From the human T2T-CHM13v2.0 reference genome, Homo sapiens, in the NCBI RefSeq assembly GCF_009914755.1, contig NC_060932.1: 64,000 nt of DNA, one strand, 5' to 3'. The notes under the pieces were generated by a model. It was given only the letters and a program-made list of their open reading frames with translations, had not been told where the DNA came from and ran no database searches. A program made the translations under genes and the position numbers. Below are positions 14,688 through 36,724 of the stretch, piece by piece. Position 1 is the stretch's first letter, and every line of letters starts with the position of its first letter.

Positions 14688-14979
14688 AATAGATTACTAA
14701 ATGGAGATCCTTGGCTACCATGTAGAATGGAGGTGTCTGACATTCTTTGAAAACAGAGGTCTTTATCTAGCTTCAACAGTCTGCTCCTCCCCTGGTCTTG
14801 CATACATTTTAAGTTTGCTTGGTGAACTTACCCGTTTTAGAAAATACAGAGATGTATCATTCTAAGGTATTATAATATATAATTAGTAGCTATACATTAA
14901 GGAGGTTTTGTTATAAAAATTTATAAATCAAATTATGGAGATGAGGTTGTAGAAGTGTTTGTGGAGTATAGGGTCCCAC

Positions 14980-15697
<718 letters not shown>

Positions 15698-17515
15698 TAG
15701 TTCTTCTCCCCTGCTTTATTTTTCCCTACAGCACTTACTTGTCATCTAACATACCATAGACTTGTTAAAAATGAGTTCCTTGTTCCTTCCAAGAATGTGA
15801 GCTACTTGAGGGGCAAGGATTTTGTCTCCTTTTTTTGCTGAATGTTCCAAACTCTGATCACAGAGTCTTGTATGGAGAAAGCACCAAAGATATTGTTGAA
15901 TGGGAATGATGTGTGTATAATGGTTGTTTACCCATTAAACAGGTTCTTTTAAAATCCATGAAAAGTTTGCTTTCTAAAACCAAATGATGCAGTAAACTGG
16001 CAATTTTGTTTACATCCCTTATTTGTTTAACATTTTTAAGCTATTGCAAACATACACTTCACCAATAGATTTTCTAGAATTCCAGCTAACTAAATTAGAA
16101 TCAATTGGTGATCATTATGCACACAAGCCATGTAAGAAAACCATTGGTGAAAAGGATGGAAAAGTCCTCCAAGTGAAGAAAAAGATTTAATGAAGTTGTT
16201 GAATGTGGCATTTCAAGGCAGAACCCTTCTACCTGGCGTGACCCTCAGCTGAGTCCATTTTGCATTTCTGCAGCCACGTGAATACTTGACATGCAGAATC
16301 CCTATGCAGGAAAGCATAGCTGAGCAGTTCATGTGCAACACTGCCAACCCAGATTGCTAGTGTGCAACCTTCTCTCCCTCATTAACTTGCTGCAAACCCT
16401 GTCAGCCTCCCATGCCATCACATACCCATCTGCCAGACTCTTACACAACTAGGGAGTGAGCAAATGAGGGCTTTTGAGAGAAAACTTTAAAAGAACCATT
16501 ATCAGGAATGCCAAGTGATCTATCTCTGCATGGGAGAGCAGATGGAAGTTGCTGCAACCAACCAGGAAGAGTCAAAGCCCAGCGCATTTCTAGGCTGGCT
16601 TGTGTACAACATTCCAATCAAAGCAGATAATCTCGCAGTTGCTAGAAATTAGGTAACGATAGAAAATGGCCTTTTAGTCTTTATATCCTGACCCAAGAGA
16701 TGCTACTAACAAAGTATAGCTTTGAACATTGCTTTATGTTGTTTGAATTTAGCATTTCTCTGGCTTTTTGTGTCTGAAAATATTTTCTCTTTCCTTAGTG
16801 GCAATTCAAACAAAAAGAAATCAACATTTTAAAATTCACATAAGCAGGAGTTAGTTTACAGTTGGAGACTTTGAGCACACTGCTTTTGTGTGATAATATT
16901 TGAAATTTATTTCCACAAGTTATTGCACATTCATTTTTGGAGTTTTCATTGCAGAAAATTGCCAGAAGGAATGGATTTTGTCTTCTTCAGCTGGCAGAAC
17001 AATTTTCCACCTGTCGCCCAAATATTTGATGAGAAGGATTATGTTGCCGGCTCTGAAAGTTTATACTGTGGATCCTTTGAAAGTGAAAGGGTCTAATGAA
17101 ACTACTACCTGATATCAGAGTCCAGCTTGCTAAACTGTCTATGAAGCTGTGGATGGATTTCCGGTGGTTAGGGCAATTTCTGAAAGACTAGCTTCAGTGA
17201 CACAAACACACTCACATAGTTCTGAACCTGCAGCATGGCAAATGATGTTCTTCACCTTTATGTTGTAACTGTTTTCTTGTATTCGGCAAAACTTTTGTGG
17301 CCTTACCAAAGATCTGAATTAATTGCCTGAAATTATTGTTGTTCATCTTCTTGGTAAATGGAACCAAAAACAGCATTAGTGCATGGGTATAGATGAAATT
17401 GCCATTTGATTTCAGGTTCAAGTGATTTACTGTCTCCATTGAGTTTAATATTTCTCTCTAGTTTATTTAGGTATATAGACAGCATAGTAAATACAATCAA
17501 CAAAATACAGATTTA

Positions 17516-17851
<336 letters not shown>

Positions 17852-19834
17852 TTAAACTGTCAGAATCAATATAAAACTATTTTTTCCTTGTTTCTCTGAC
17901 TGCTTTATGGATATAATAAGTAATAATAATATTGCTGCTATCAAAAGAATTTTTCTGAAGTGTAGACTTTACCATGCCATAATAAGACCCCTTCAGCTGA
18001 CTCAGAGAAGGGGCTAAAATTCTTGGACTGGCATTCGTGTCCCTGGATAATGACACCCTGACTTAGTTTTTCTATCTTAGTTTTTCCTACCCCATCAACT
18101 GTTCAAGCCCGTCAAACTGAACTATTGTCTCCTGCCAGTTCCTGTCTCATTACCTAATTCCTATGCTTTTTTTTATGTCGTTTATCATCCTACTTATTTA
18201 TCACACTTAAATATTGCCTACCCATTGTGAGCCAGCACAAATTCCACTTTCTTGAAAAAGGCTTTCATGATATATGCAGCAAGAAATAATGTCTTATTTT
18301 CCAGTCTTGGACCACTTCATAGACATTGTTTATGGAATTTTTCATGTTATATTTTTGATTCCCATCAGTTGCATGCAAATCTGGAATAAAACAGATTTGA
18401 TCATGAAGAGCATTTTGTTGTGTTGTTGTTAATGTGGAAATAACAGCCTTGCTCCAAACTGAATTGCCTGTTTTTCTCCTGAAAATCTGTTCTGGTTTGC
18501 ACCAGACGTTTGTACTTCTCACAGCTCGTAAGTGTCACCTGGCTTGTCATTTGGTGGTGGTCCACCACTAGCACAGCCACGGCAGTATGTTGAGGGCTTT
18601 GACAATCTGCTAGAAGCCACTGTGTTGATCGTAATCTTTCCTACATCATGCCATCAATAGATGGAAGCCAAACAGCCTTTGTACTGGATTTGCTCAAGAC
18701 GTAGAATGAAAAAACTGATAGTAAATTTTCCAACTTTCCTCCTAACACTTTCTCTACTATCTCTCCCAAATTCATCTACCCAGATCTCCCCCTTCAACCT
18801 CAGTCTCTGGGTTCCTTCTTCCTTCCTGTATCCAGCACAAGCCCTACAGATACCTTTATTTGCTTATTTTGTGCTTCCCAAGAAGAGCTTTACCATTCTG
18901 GGTAATTGGCAGTGTCCAAGTGTATGAGGAATCCCAGGTTGAACATGCCACGTCTTATTTTACTTCAGTGTCATTTTTACTTGAAAACACAGAGCCTTTG
19001 TTTTTGTTAACTAGATATATCATAAAGCAATAATCTAAATTTGCCTGAACTTTAAGTTGAAATGGGTAAGACAAACGTCTTATTTGAGGTCATGCTGTTC
19101 TCTTCATTGACATTCTTAAAAACCTGCATTCATTCATTCATTTCTGCTGTTACAATCATTTTGGTACAAGAGTTTTTAAAGCACTGATTGAAGACTTTGA
19201 TGTTGTCCAGCCTTTTGGTAGTTGAGAGTTTCTTCCCTCTCTTTCATCCTTTCCAAGATCCTCCCTTTAGGCCTCCCCTCCCCAAAGCCACATATACTGC
19301 CCCATTTTCAGACACGTGCCTCTCTTTAACTTTTCTAAGACATCTGGAATGTGTAGAGAGTACCTAGACTGTCATTCAATCGTGTTCAAAGAATTTGGGA
19401 ACCAGGCATATGGGTGGAAAAACTAGAAAGGGTAGGAACCAATTATCCTTGCTGGTGGGATGGCCTGAAACAAAGCAAATCTTAACATGAAGAACAACGG
19501 AAAATAGGCAATATTTTTGTCATGGTTTCCTTTTGCTCTTAAAGGGAGGAAAGTGAGACTGGGGATGGACCCATAATTAGTAGGGTATAGTTTACCTATT
19601 AGTATGTAGACCTATGCTGTTCTGGAGCCAGAAAAGATTTAAAAGAGAGATCACTATCCTCTTGATGTTAGTGTGGAGTCCTCGATGCCATGAGCTTGCA
19701 GAGCAGTTGAGGTGAGTGCCCAATTTTCAGAGTTTCATAAAGCATAATGCAAAGTATGAATTACTCACCCAATGCATTTCTTTGACTTGGCTGGAGCTTT
19801 TTAAATTCAGCAGGGTTATACTGGTAATGATGGA

Positions 19835-20170
19835 TGTCTGAGTTTGTTCAGTGCTGCCATAACAAAGTACCATGGACTGGGTAGCTTACAAACAACAGAA
19901 ATTTATTTCTTGTAGTTCTGGAGCTTGGGAAGTCCAAGATCAAAGTGCTAGCAGTTTCAGTGTCTGGTGCAGGACCACTTCCTCATAGACAGCTGTCTTC
20001 TAACTGTAACATCACATAGTGGAAGGAACAAGGGATCTCACAGGTGCCCCTTTCATAAGGGCACTAGTCTCATTCATGAAGGCAGAGCACTTCCCGGAGG
20101 CCCCCATCCCCTCTTATTATCACCTTTGGGATTAAGATTTCAACATGAATTTTGGGGGGGGCATAAACAT
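19835..20170 (-). mobile_element. MLT1A-type MaLR LTR
   Basis: gctgccataacaaagtaccatggactgggtagctta...aagatttcaacatgaattttgggg. Confidence 0.8.
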
Positions 20171-21904
20171 TGTTGCAATGGATTAATCAGAGATGTGGAA
20201 AACTTTTTGCCTGAGAACTTTTTAAAATACTGAAAAAAAAAGCACTTGTGTATCTTTAACCTTGACAACAATTATTTATTATCAAGTAGCACTGTTTTTC
20301 ATATCCACTAATGTATTTTTAACAAGAGAAATAAGCATTATTGATAACATTAAAGTGCCTTTTCTTTCACACCTCTTTCCACTTTCTTTTCCTTCCCCAT
20401 TTTCTTAAAAGCAGCTCCTCTCAGTGATTTAATATCCTTCCATTTTATTTATATATCTTAGCATACTTCTATGTACTTGTAATACATATTGCATTGCTTT
20501 ATGACTATGATTTATAAAAATTTATGAAAATAGAACCCTACAGAATATATCCTTCTGCAACATTTTTTTATGCAACATAAATTGAATTTACATATGTTGG
20601 TAAATATGATGGTAGATAGATCGATGGTCCCTTCTTACTGCAGTATAGTATTCTATTCTGCAAATATGTCATCTTTGATTTATTAGATCTACTATTGGTA
20701 GACAGGTATATTGATTTCAGTTTTTCTCTGGAAAACATGTAGAACATATTTATGCATGTTTTCTTTGGCTCATGTTCTGATAGAAATTTCTATAGGTCTC
20801 CAATTATTAAAAGCTTTAGGAAGAACAGTTATTTAAATAATGCTGTTTGGCAGACAGAATCCTTTACAACATGGACTCTCTAGGAAGACGTGGTCAAAGG
20901 AATTGGGTATCACTGATGTAGTAGTGCACCTCTCTGCCTCTGAACAGGGCTAAATTTAACTCATCTTAGAAATTCTCTTTACCTTTAGAAAGAATACTAG
21001 AGTAGGAGTCCACAGATCCCTTTGGTTACATATTTGTGTCTCAGATCACAAGAGGTGGGGAATTTTTAACAACATTTGACCTAAAATCCTAGTTCTATAA
21101 TTGAAGCCTCATTCCCTCTTGCTTTCTCCAGAAGTAATGAAGAACAGCTACAAACTTGCTTCTACTCTTAAAATAACTTCTTCTAATCCCATACGATGAT
21201 TTAAAGTACTTTTTTTTCCTTTAGCCTGCATGAGTCTAGTCTCTTTAGCCTTTTTTCTGGGGTTTCCTCTTTTAGGTCATTTGTATAGTTCTAATCAATT
21301 CTTTTTCAGATTTATCTATATCTTGTTTAGTTTTTAGGGCTTAAAACTAAAATAATATGATCTTATAATGGTCTTTCTTGTATGGGGCTGACATGATTAC
21401 CTCCCAGTTTTTATATATGACTTTCTGTACTTATGCATACATATGTATATATCTATCCCTTTATTCAGGAAATATATATTATGTCCCATCTGCTTAGCAG
21501 GCCTCATACATTTATAACATACCCACATGCGCATAAGCAGTACCGAGTAGCTGGTTTATATTTAGTATGTGGCCCACTAGTTTGACCAGATATGCCTCTT
21601 GATATGTTGTACAAAGGCATATTGGCTATATAGGTATTTATTTAGTAGAATGATTAAGAGCACAGGGTGGGGGATTATTTAAAGTATACCAAAAGGTATA
21701 TAAAGAATGTTCATAGCAGAATTATTTCAAATAGCAAAACAAAGTAAACAACCTAAATATCCATTGACAGATTGAATAAGTAAATCACGATATTTTCACA
21801 TAATAGTAGAATACTATAATGAAAATGCAAAAACTCAAAATACATGCATTGACAAAGGTGAACTGTAAAAACAACATTGAGTTCAGAAAAGCAATCAGAA
21901 GAAT

Positions 21905-22704
21905 ATGAATGGCTAAGAAACATGGAAAAAAAAAGTTCAACATCCTTAGCCTTGAGGGAAATCAAAACTGTACTGAGATACTACTTCACACCCACTAGGA
22001 TGGCTATAATCAAAAAGACAGATGATAATAAGTGTTTGCAAGGATGTGGAGAAAGTGGAACCCTCATACATTGCTGGTGGAAATGTAGAATGGTACAGGC
22101 ACTTTGGAAGAGACTTTGGCTCTTCTTCAAAGTTAACCATAGAGCTGCCATATGACCCCCCCAATTTTACACCTAGGTTATACTCTACCCAAGAGAAATG
22201 AAACACATGTTCATGTAAAATCTCGTTCATGAAGAGACATAGCAGAATTATCCCTAATAGATAAAATGTCCCAAATGCCTATCCACTGATGAATGAAAAA
22301 GCCAAGAGTAGAATAGCCAGACACGAAATATTATTTGTCAATATAAAGAAATGAAGCATCAAGATATGCTACAACATCGATAAACCTTGAAAATACTATG
22401 CTAAGTGAAAGAGGCCAGTCGCAAATGGTCACATTTTATGGTTCCATTTATATGAAATACCCAAGGTAGGCAAATCCATAGAGACAGAAAATAGATTGAT
22501 GGTTGCCAAGGGCTGGAATAAGGAAGAGTGGGGAACAACTGTTAATGGGTTCAGGATTTCTTTTGGGGGTGATGAAAATGTTCTAAATTTAGATTGTGGT
22601 GGTAGTTGTACAGCTCTGTGACTATATTAGAACCATTGAATTGTACATTTTAAATCGGTGAATTATATGGTATGTGGGTTATATATCAGATGTTTTTATA
22701 AGAT
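21905..22704 (+). mobile_element. L1MB-type 3' fragment nested in an older L1ME-like remnant
   Basis: Degenerate ORF2 C-terminus (RYYFTPTRMAIIKK) plus 3'UTR; flanking direct repeat GCAATCAGAAGAAT at 21891-21904 and 22705-22718. Confidence 0.8.
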
Positions 22705-25199
22705 GCAATCAGAAGAATGTATGTATTCTGCTGCAGGTTTTATAAAGTTCAAAACCAATCAGCTAAACAGTATGTTGTCTAGGGTAGTATGTATACCCAT
22801 GTGATAAAACCATGAACATATAAAGGAGGGAGAGATCTGAAAAAGAAAGAAAAAAAATCCAACCCAAAGTGGTGGTCATTACCATTAAGTTTCACATGAG
22901 GTTCATTATAGAACCACTGTGCTGGGGAAGTCCCATTTTCTTAGACTGAGTGATGGATTTATTGTCCTGCTTTGTTTCTAATATTTACAATTCATTTCTA
23001 ATTTTAATAAATGCTTATTACTAAAAGTTTTGTTTGTATAAAATACTTCATAATGAAATTCCATACAGCCTTCTCTTTTGTTTTGAAGGAGATGGAGCAA
23101 TTGACATTAGTGGAACAGTGTATGTTTATATTGTTCCTTTTTCACTCAAGAGACTGCTAGGGATAGACAAAGGGTGATGTCATGGAGAGACTGTTCATTG
23201 CTTTCTAAGCCTAGTACATTAATGAGTCTTTGGTTGTACAAATATGAAATGTTTTGGATTAGAAAAAAAGAGGGGATGCATTTTTTTTCTAAAAATGTAA
23301 AGTTTTTAAAAACTTTTTTGAAAGGGAGGAGGCAGAGGAGGAATAGACGAGCATGAGAGGTGAGAGAAAATAACAAAGAAGAAGACGAGTGGGCATATTA
23401 CTTTTATGAAAATGAATATCTGATACTCTATGTAAATGATGTTTTCCTACCACTTAAATGGCTCCCAGTACTAAGGATGTTAAATTAATCCTGCTATTCA
23501 ACAAAGACTTTGTGTAATAAGTAAGTCAGGACATTTTGATGTTTATATTTTTAGGAAATCATGAAAAGGACCATGTTTTAAGAGTGGTTGATGTGTGACA
23601 GAGAAACAGTGTCTCAAATAACATAGAAAGATAATTGATTAACTAATGTAGAAGTGCATAAATTAAAAACAAAAACAAAACAGGAGTCCTCAAAATGCTG
23701 AGGCCTCTAGGCTTCTGCCTTGTTAAGCACTCTGTTGAGGTTACAAGCAGTTAGTTGATCCTAATGCTGTAATTTCCAGCCCTGTGATGGATTGTTTGGT
23801 GGGAATTTCAATTGAATCTTAAAAGATCATATGACCCTGGGTTAGAAGATTATTCTTCCTTCCGAAGTGTTCCTAGTGACCTCTTTTATTTGTGTTTCTA
23901 TTTTTAGATACCCACTTTTCAAAATTGTTAAAAGGTTACATGATATTTTAAGTAGCTGCTCTAAGGTTGTTACACGCTTAGCTAAATTGGTTCTCATCAG
24001 CATTAGCACCTTAATGAACACATTCTCTATAGCCCAGCCTTAATCAGAACGTTTTCATAAATTAGAGCAATGATCAGCTATCAGGCTTTATGTGCCTCCC
24101 TCAGATACTGAACTTAACATCCCCGGAGGAACAGTCCAAACCACATGGTTGTTTGTGCATCCAAAGTCTTAGATTTCATAACACCATGCTCCCCATCAAC
24201 AAACATGACACACAACACCCACTGCCCATCCTACTATCTTCATAAAATATCTGGTGATTCTAAAATTAACATTTATATTTTTTTATTTTACTCTGGGAGT
24301 ATTTTCGGGATAAATTCTGTTACAATGCTTTAGATAACTGGTGTCATCCTTGGATGTCTAAAATCTGATTTGGGGAATCACTGTTCTAATCAGTTGTGCA
24401 CCCACTTAGCAGTAATCTGATCTAAACTCAATTCTCCTAGTCTTTGATGAGCTCTCATGTGAAGCCAAATCTAAATTCCCTCAAAGATAAATGTTTCATT
24501 TGCCCTTTTTCTGATCAGAGGAGCCCTCACAGAACTCCAAGGGTTTATGAAGATGATTACAATGAGCTTGTGATTTCAATCAATTGCTGAAATGCCTTGG
24601 GATATTTTTACCCTGTGAACTGTTTTTGCAAAGAGAGGAAGTTTCATCTAGAAGAAAAATCATTTAAGGCAACTTTGGGTTTAAGTGTCAGATTTTTTCA
24701 CTGGAATCTCCATGCTTTATGGTAGAAAGAACTCTTAAGAGCTGTGTTTCTAGAACACTAACCTCAATTGTACTATTAACTACTTCAGTGAACCTAGACA
24801 AATTATAAGTATCTAAGAAGATACTCATCTTGTTTATAAAATGTGAAACTGGATGATCTCTACTATCTCTTCTAAGCCTTAATATGTAATGATTCCAAAA
24901 GTAGATTTGGACCCCTCTCTTCCTTTCTGCTTTTTCCATAATAAAGACATCCCTAATATTCATCTAAAGTTTTTTTCTTAAGCACTGTTTTCCTCAACCC
25001 ACAACATAATATGATTTGTACCTTGCTCTGAAAACTTGCTTGAATAGCCTGATAACAGTATTTGCCAATCAATGATTATCTTTGATATCTAACAATATAA
25101 TGAAGCCTATTGCATGGATCTAGATGTATTTCTTTCTTCAACTGTGTGATTTAGGAACTATTTTTTTTTTAAATAATTACAGTGGTGCCATTGTATTAG

Positions 25200-25496
<297 letters not shown>

Positions 25497-25692
25497 TGTT
25501 GTATTAGTTAATCTGCAACATTAATTCACAATTTTAAAAAGCAACTATGCAAAGATACCCTGGTATAAGTAGATAATTTTCAAGAAATGGCAGACCTGAT
25601 TATTCCCTTGAAGGTCATGAGGATAAAATCTAGTTGAAGTTTCAGAGCAACCTAAAATTCCATTTGTATCCTCTGAAATTAGTAATGTGCTC

Positions 25693-27949
<2,257 letters not shown>

Positions 27950-29434
27950 TCAAAGGCATTTAGTCATAGTAAAATCCAGTTTAGCTATTAAAAAAGAAAA
28001 TTTTCTTTTCTCTCCCTGCACTGGAGTGTTCATAAAGAGTCTACAAATATGGTCCCTTATTTTGTGTGTGTCCCAAATATAACTGGTGTAATTATCTTCA
28101 TATTTGTCTCACTAAGCATTACATTCTTCTGCGATTCACTGCAGTGTGACACTGGCCCAGCAGTGAAATCATTCTCTGTGATACAAAGGGAAAAAACATG
28201 ATTCTGTTCTAGTAGTTTTACGTTTAAGTCTATGGTTACCAATTGAGAACATTGCTTTGATGTATAATTAATCTCACTGAAATCTGGTGTTTTCTACTTT
28301 CTCATAGAAAACTAGTAATCTGCATTTGCGACAGGCCCAGACATTCCACCAAACCCAGGGTCCACATTTATCTTGAAGGCTTGCATTGTTCCCTGCAGTC
28401 CTGGGGAGAGCAGCACACTCTCCAGAAAGCGGCTCCCTGAGTCCTTGGACACTGCAGCTATAATAATAGTGGGAACTCACCTCATCCATCTCGCCTGTTC
28501 TCCACACAGTCACTGCCTCAAAAGCATTTAGTACCTTGAAAGCCAGGCAGATTCCTAGATCAGTGGCCTCTTCCACCTGAGTTGTTGTAGTTGTCATAAT
28601 CGTTTTATCTGGGATTTGTGTGGGTTAGAGGTAGGGACTACATTCACAGGGTAAAATGGAAGACCTGTGAATTGTTTCTTTTTTTTCTTTTTGTTTTTTT
28701 GTTTCTGCAATGCTAACATTTTAATCTCTTCAAAATTATTTCCAAGCACTTTAAATATTGAGAGATAAAGAGTTCATTGTTTTCCGCATCTTGAGAAAAT
28801 CTATTTTCTGCCATCTAAGAAATGAGATCAATTAACCAGGAGGGATACATGCTTATCTCATATATGCTAGTTTCCTCCGAGTATTCAAATGCCTCCCCTC
28901 ATTAAAAAAAAAATGGCCTAGAAATACCCAGTGTGTTTCAGTAAGTGTCATCCTTTGATATATCTGATCTTTGGGTACCCTCTGTGACTCCATCTTCTGC
29001 AGGCACACGGTCTTCCTCCTTGACCCTGTCTATAATGAATGTGTAAATGACTGTTTGTATCCATCATGGGTCAAAACTTTCTGTGCCTTTGCTTCTGCTC
29101 TCATCACATTTTATAAGGGGGTTCTCTATGTAATGGAATGTCACTTAGAGAAAAGATTTTTTAAAAAATGACACGTATCGCTTGTACTCTGATACATCAA
29201 ATGGTAAAAACTGTAGGCAGGCTTTTTGGTTATTTTTTTTTTTTCTCCTTGTTCCAAACTGAGACTTTTATGATTTTCCCTAATCCTTTTACCTTCAAGT
29301 ACTTCCAGATTGATTTCCTTGTCTGGCCAGTGCTGTATACAGCAGGTGATCCAGTAGGGATTGTTTTTATTTGAATTATTTTTATGTGATAATAATCATT
29401 GTATTCCAGAGCTCCTTCCTGAAAGATGGGCATC

Positions 29435-30115
<681 letters not shown>

Positions 30116-30377
30116 GCCCAGTTAAGTTTATCATGAATTCTAGAAACAGCTGGTTTTTTTTTTTTTTTTTTTTTTATACTTTAAGTTTTAGGGTACATGT
30201 GCACATTGTGCAGGTTAGTTACATATGTATACATGTGCCATGCTGGTGTGCTGCACCCACTAACTCGTCATCTAGCATTAGGTATATCTCCCAATGCTAT
30301 CCCTCCCCGCTCCCCCCACCCCACCACAGTCCCCAGAGTGTGATATTCCCCTTCCTGTGTCCATGTGATCTCATTGT

Positions 30378-34201
<3,824 letters not shown>

Positions 34202-34264
34202 TATGATGTTAGCTGGTTATTTTGCTCGTTAGTTGATGCAGTTTCTTCCTAGTCTCGATGGTCT

Positions 34265-35281
34265 TTACATTTTGGCATGATTTTGCAGCGGCTGGTACCG
34301 GTTGTTCCTTTCCATGTTTAGCGCTTCCTTCAGGAGGTCTTTTAGGGCAGGCCTGGTGGTGACAAAATCTCTCAGCATTTGCTTGTCTGTGAAGTATTTT
34401 ATTTCTCCTTCACTTATGAAGCTTAGTTTGGCTGGATATGAAATTCTGGGCTGAAAATTCTTTTCTTTAAGAATGTTGAATATTGGCCCCCACTCTCTTC
34501 TGGCTTGTAGGGTTTCTGCCGAGAGATCCGCTGTTAGTCTGATGGGCTTCCCTTTGAGGGTAACCTGACCTTTCTCTCTGGCTGCCCTTAACATTTTTTC
34601 CTTCATTTCAACTTTGGTGAATCTGACAATTATGTGTCTTGGAGTTGCTCTTCTCGAGGAGTATCTTTGTGGCGTTCTCTGTATTTCCTGAATCTGAACG
34701 TTGGCCTGCCTTGCTAGATTGGGGAAGTTCTCCTGGATAATATCCTGCAGAGTGTTTTCCAACTTGGTTCCATTCTCCCCATCACTTTCAGGTACACCAA
34801 TCAGACATAGATTTGGTCTTTTCACATAGTCCCATATTTCTTGGAGGCTTTGCTCATTTCTTTTTATTCTTTTTTCTCTAAACTTCCCTTCTCGCTTCAT
34901 TTCATTCATTTCATCTTCCATTGCTGATACCCTTTCTTCCAGTTGATCGCATCGGCTCCTGAGGCTTCTGCATTCTTCACATAGTTCTCGAGCCTTGGTT
35001 TTCAGCTCCATCAGCTCCTTTAAGCACTTCTCTGTATTGGTTATTCTAGTTATACATTCTTCTAAATTTTTTTCAAAGTTTTCAACTTCTTTGCCTTTGG
35101 TTTGAATGTCCTCCCGTAGCTCAGAGTAATTTGATCGTCTGAAGCCTTCTTCTCTCAGTTCGTCAAAGTCATTCTCCATCCAGCTTTGTTCCGTTGCTGG
35201 TGAGGAACTGCGTTCCTTTGGAGGAGGAGAGGCGCTCTGCATTTTAGAGTTTCCAGTTTTTCTGTTCTGTTTTTTCCCCAT
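34265..35281 (-). CDS. L1 ORF1p, intact 338 aa
   Basis: MGKKQNRKTGNSK...LQNHAKM. REKG, ARR and YPAKLS motifs are present; RPNLR is changed to RPNLC. Confidence 0.92.
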   Translation of the reverse strand: MGKKQNRKTGNSKMQSASPPPKERSSSPATEQSWMENDFDELREEGFRRSNYSELREDIQTKGKEVENFEKNLEECITRITNTEKCLKELMELKTKARELCEECRSLRSRCDQLEERVSAMEDEMNEMKREGKFREKRIKRNEQSLQEIWDYVKRPNLCLIGVPESDGENGTKLENTLQDIIQENFPNLARQANVQIQEIQRTPQRYSSRRATPRHIIVRFTKVEMKEKMLRAAREKGQVTLKGKPIRLTADLSAETLQARREWGPIFNILKEKNFQPRISYPAKLSFISEGEIKYFTDKQMLRDFVTTRPALKDLLKEALNMERNNRYQPLQNHAKM

Positions 35282-36188
35282 CTTTGTGGTTTTATCTACT
35301 TTTGGTCTTTGATGCTGGTAATGTACAAATGGGTTTTCGGTATGGATGTCCTTTCTGTTTGTTAGTTTTCCTTCTAACAGACAGGACCCTCAGCTGCAGG
35401 TCTGTTGGAATACCCTGCCGTGTGAGGGGTCAGTGTGCCCCTGCTGGGGGGTGCCTCCCAGTTAGGCTGCTCGGGGGTCAGGGGTCAGGGACCCACTTGA
35501 GGAGGCAGTCTGCCAGTTCTCAGATCTCCAGCTGCGTGCTGGGAGAACCACTGCTCTCTTCAAAGCTGTCATACAAGGACACTTAAGTCTGCAGAGGTTA
35601 CTGCTGTCTTTTTGTTTGTCTGTGCCCTGCCCCCAGAGGTGGAGCCTACAGAGGCAGGCAGGCCTCCTTGAGCTGTGGTGGGCTCCACCCAATTCGAGCT
35701 TCCTGGCTGCTTTGTTTACCTAAGCAAGCCTGGACAATGGCGGGCGCCCCTCCCCCAGCCTCGCTGCCACCTTGCAGTTTGATCTCAGACTGCTGTGCTA
35801 GCAATCAGCGAGATTCCGTGGGCGTAGGACCCTCCGAGCCAGGTGTGGGATATAATCTCGTGGTTCGCCGTTTTTTTAGCCGGTCTGAAAAGCACAATAT
35901 TCGGGTGGGAGTAACCCGATTTTCCAAGTGCGTCCATCACCCCTTTCTTTGACTCGCAAAGGGGACTCCCTGACCCCTTGCGCTTCCCAAGTGAGGCAAT
36001 GCCTCGCCATGCTTCGGCTTGCGCACGGTGCGCGCACCCACTGGCCTGCACCCACTGTCTGGCACTCCCTAGTGAGATAAACCCGGTACCTCAGATGGAA
36101 ATGTAGAAATCACCCGTCTTCTGCGTCGCTCACGCTGGGAACTGTAGACCGGAGCTGTTCCTATTCGGCCATCTTGGCTCCTCCCGCC
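35282..36188. promoter_or_regulatory. L1 5'UTR bidirectional promoter (sense fires on minus strand, antisense promoter fires on plus strand)
   Basis: CpG-rich complete 5'UTR. YY1 site GCCAAGATGGCCG intact (36166-36178, minus strand). Activity is inferred from family knowledge only. Confidence 0.7.
35737..35952 (+). CDS. L1 ORF0 (antisense 5'UTR ORF), intact 71 aa
   Basis: ATG at 35737 (ACAATGG), MAGAPPPASLPPCSLISDCCASNQRDSVGVGPSEPGVG...HPFL stop at 35952. Matches the primate L1 ORF0 sequence and length. Confidence 0.88.
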   Translation: MAGAPPPASLPPCSLISDCCASNQRDSVGVGPSEPGVGYNLVVRRFFSRSEKHNIRVGVTRFSKCVHHPFL

Positions 36189-36566
36189 ACAACTGGTTGT
36201 TTTTATAGTTGATATCATATATCATCATTTGTCAATGGAAAAAAGTCATTTGTAGGTCTCAGTTTTCTTTTGTAGTTTTTTATCGCTGGAATTGTATAAT
36301 ATTATAGGGAGGAAATGGTAATGTAGCATATATCTAGAGTTTTTTTGATGAGCAACTCGTAATGCTGTTTGTCAGCTTTCTCTGACACTGTTGTGCCATT
36401 GTTTCCATCCTACTGTCAACTTTAAACACTGTCTAAACACAGATTTTAATGTTTTTTAATGACATGATATTGTCTTCATATGTGGGTACTAAGTGTGCTT
36501 ATTTCTAATTTGCAGTTATGATGTTAAATTCTAACACTAATGTGACATCCACTATAAACACTGTCA

Positions 36567-36724
36567 CTGGTCTCCTGTTTGAGAAACCTTGTGTTGATGG
36601 TTCTAGATGTACTTAAAGATCAATTCAAAATAAGTTACGTTTACTCTGGTCTTCTGCTTGAGAAACTTTGGGTTGATGGTTCTACATTTACTTCAAGATC
36701 AATTCAAAATAGCTCTGTTTACTC
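36567..36724. repeat. Two-copy tandem duplication, period about 79 bp
   Basis: ctggtct..tg.ttgagaaac.ttg.gttgatggttcta.at.tactt.aagatcaattcaaaata...gtttactc occurs twice. Confidence 0.9.

Noticed and set aside
16890-17112. Short overlapping ORFs in unique sequence
   Set aside because: No recognisable homology or convincing splice-site pair; the lengths are expected by chance.
36567-36724. CRISPR-like array
   Set aside because: Only two adjacent copies, no spacers, and a human intronic context.
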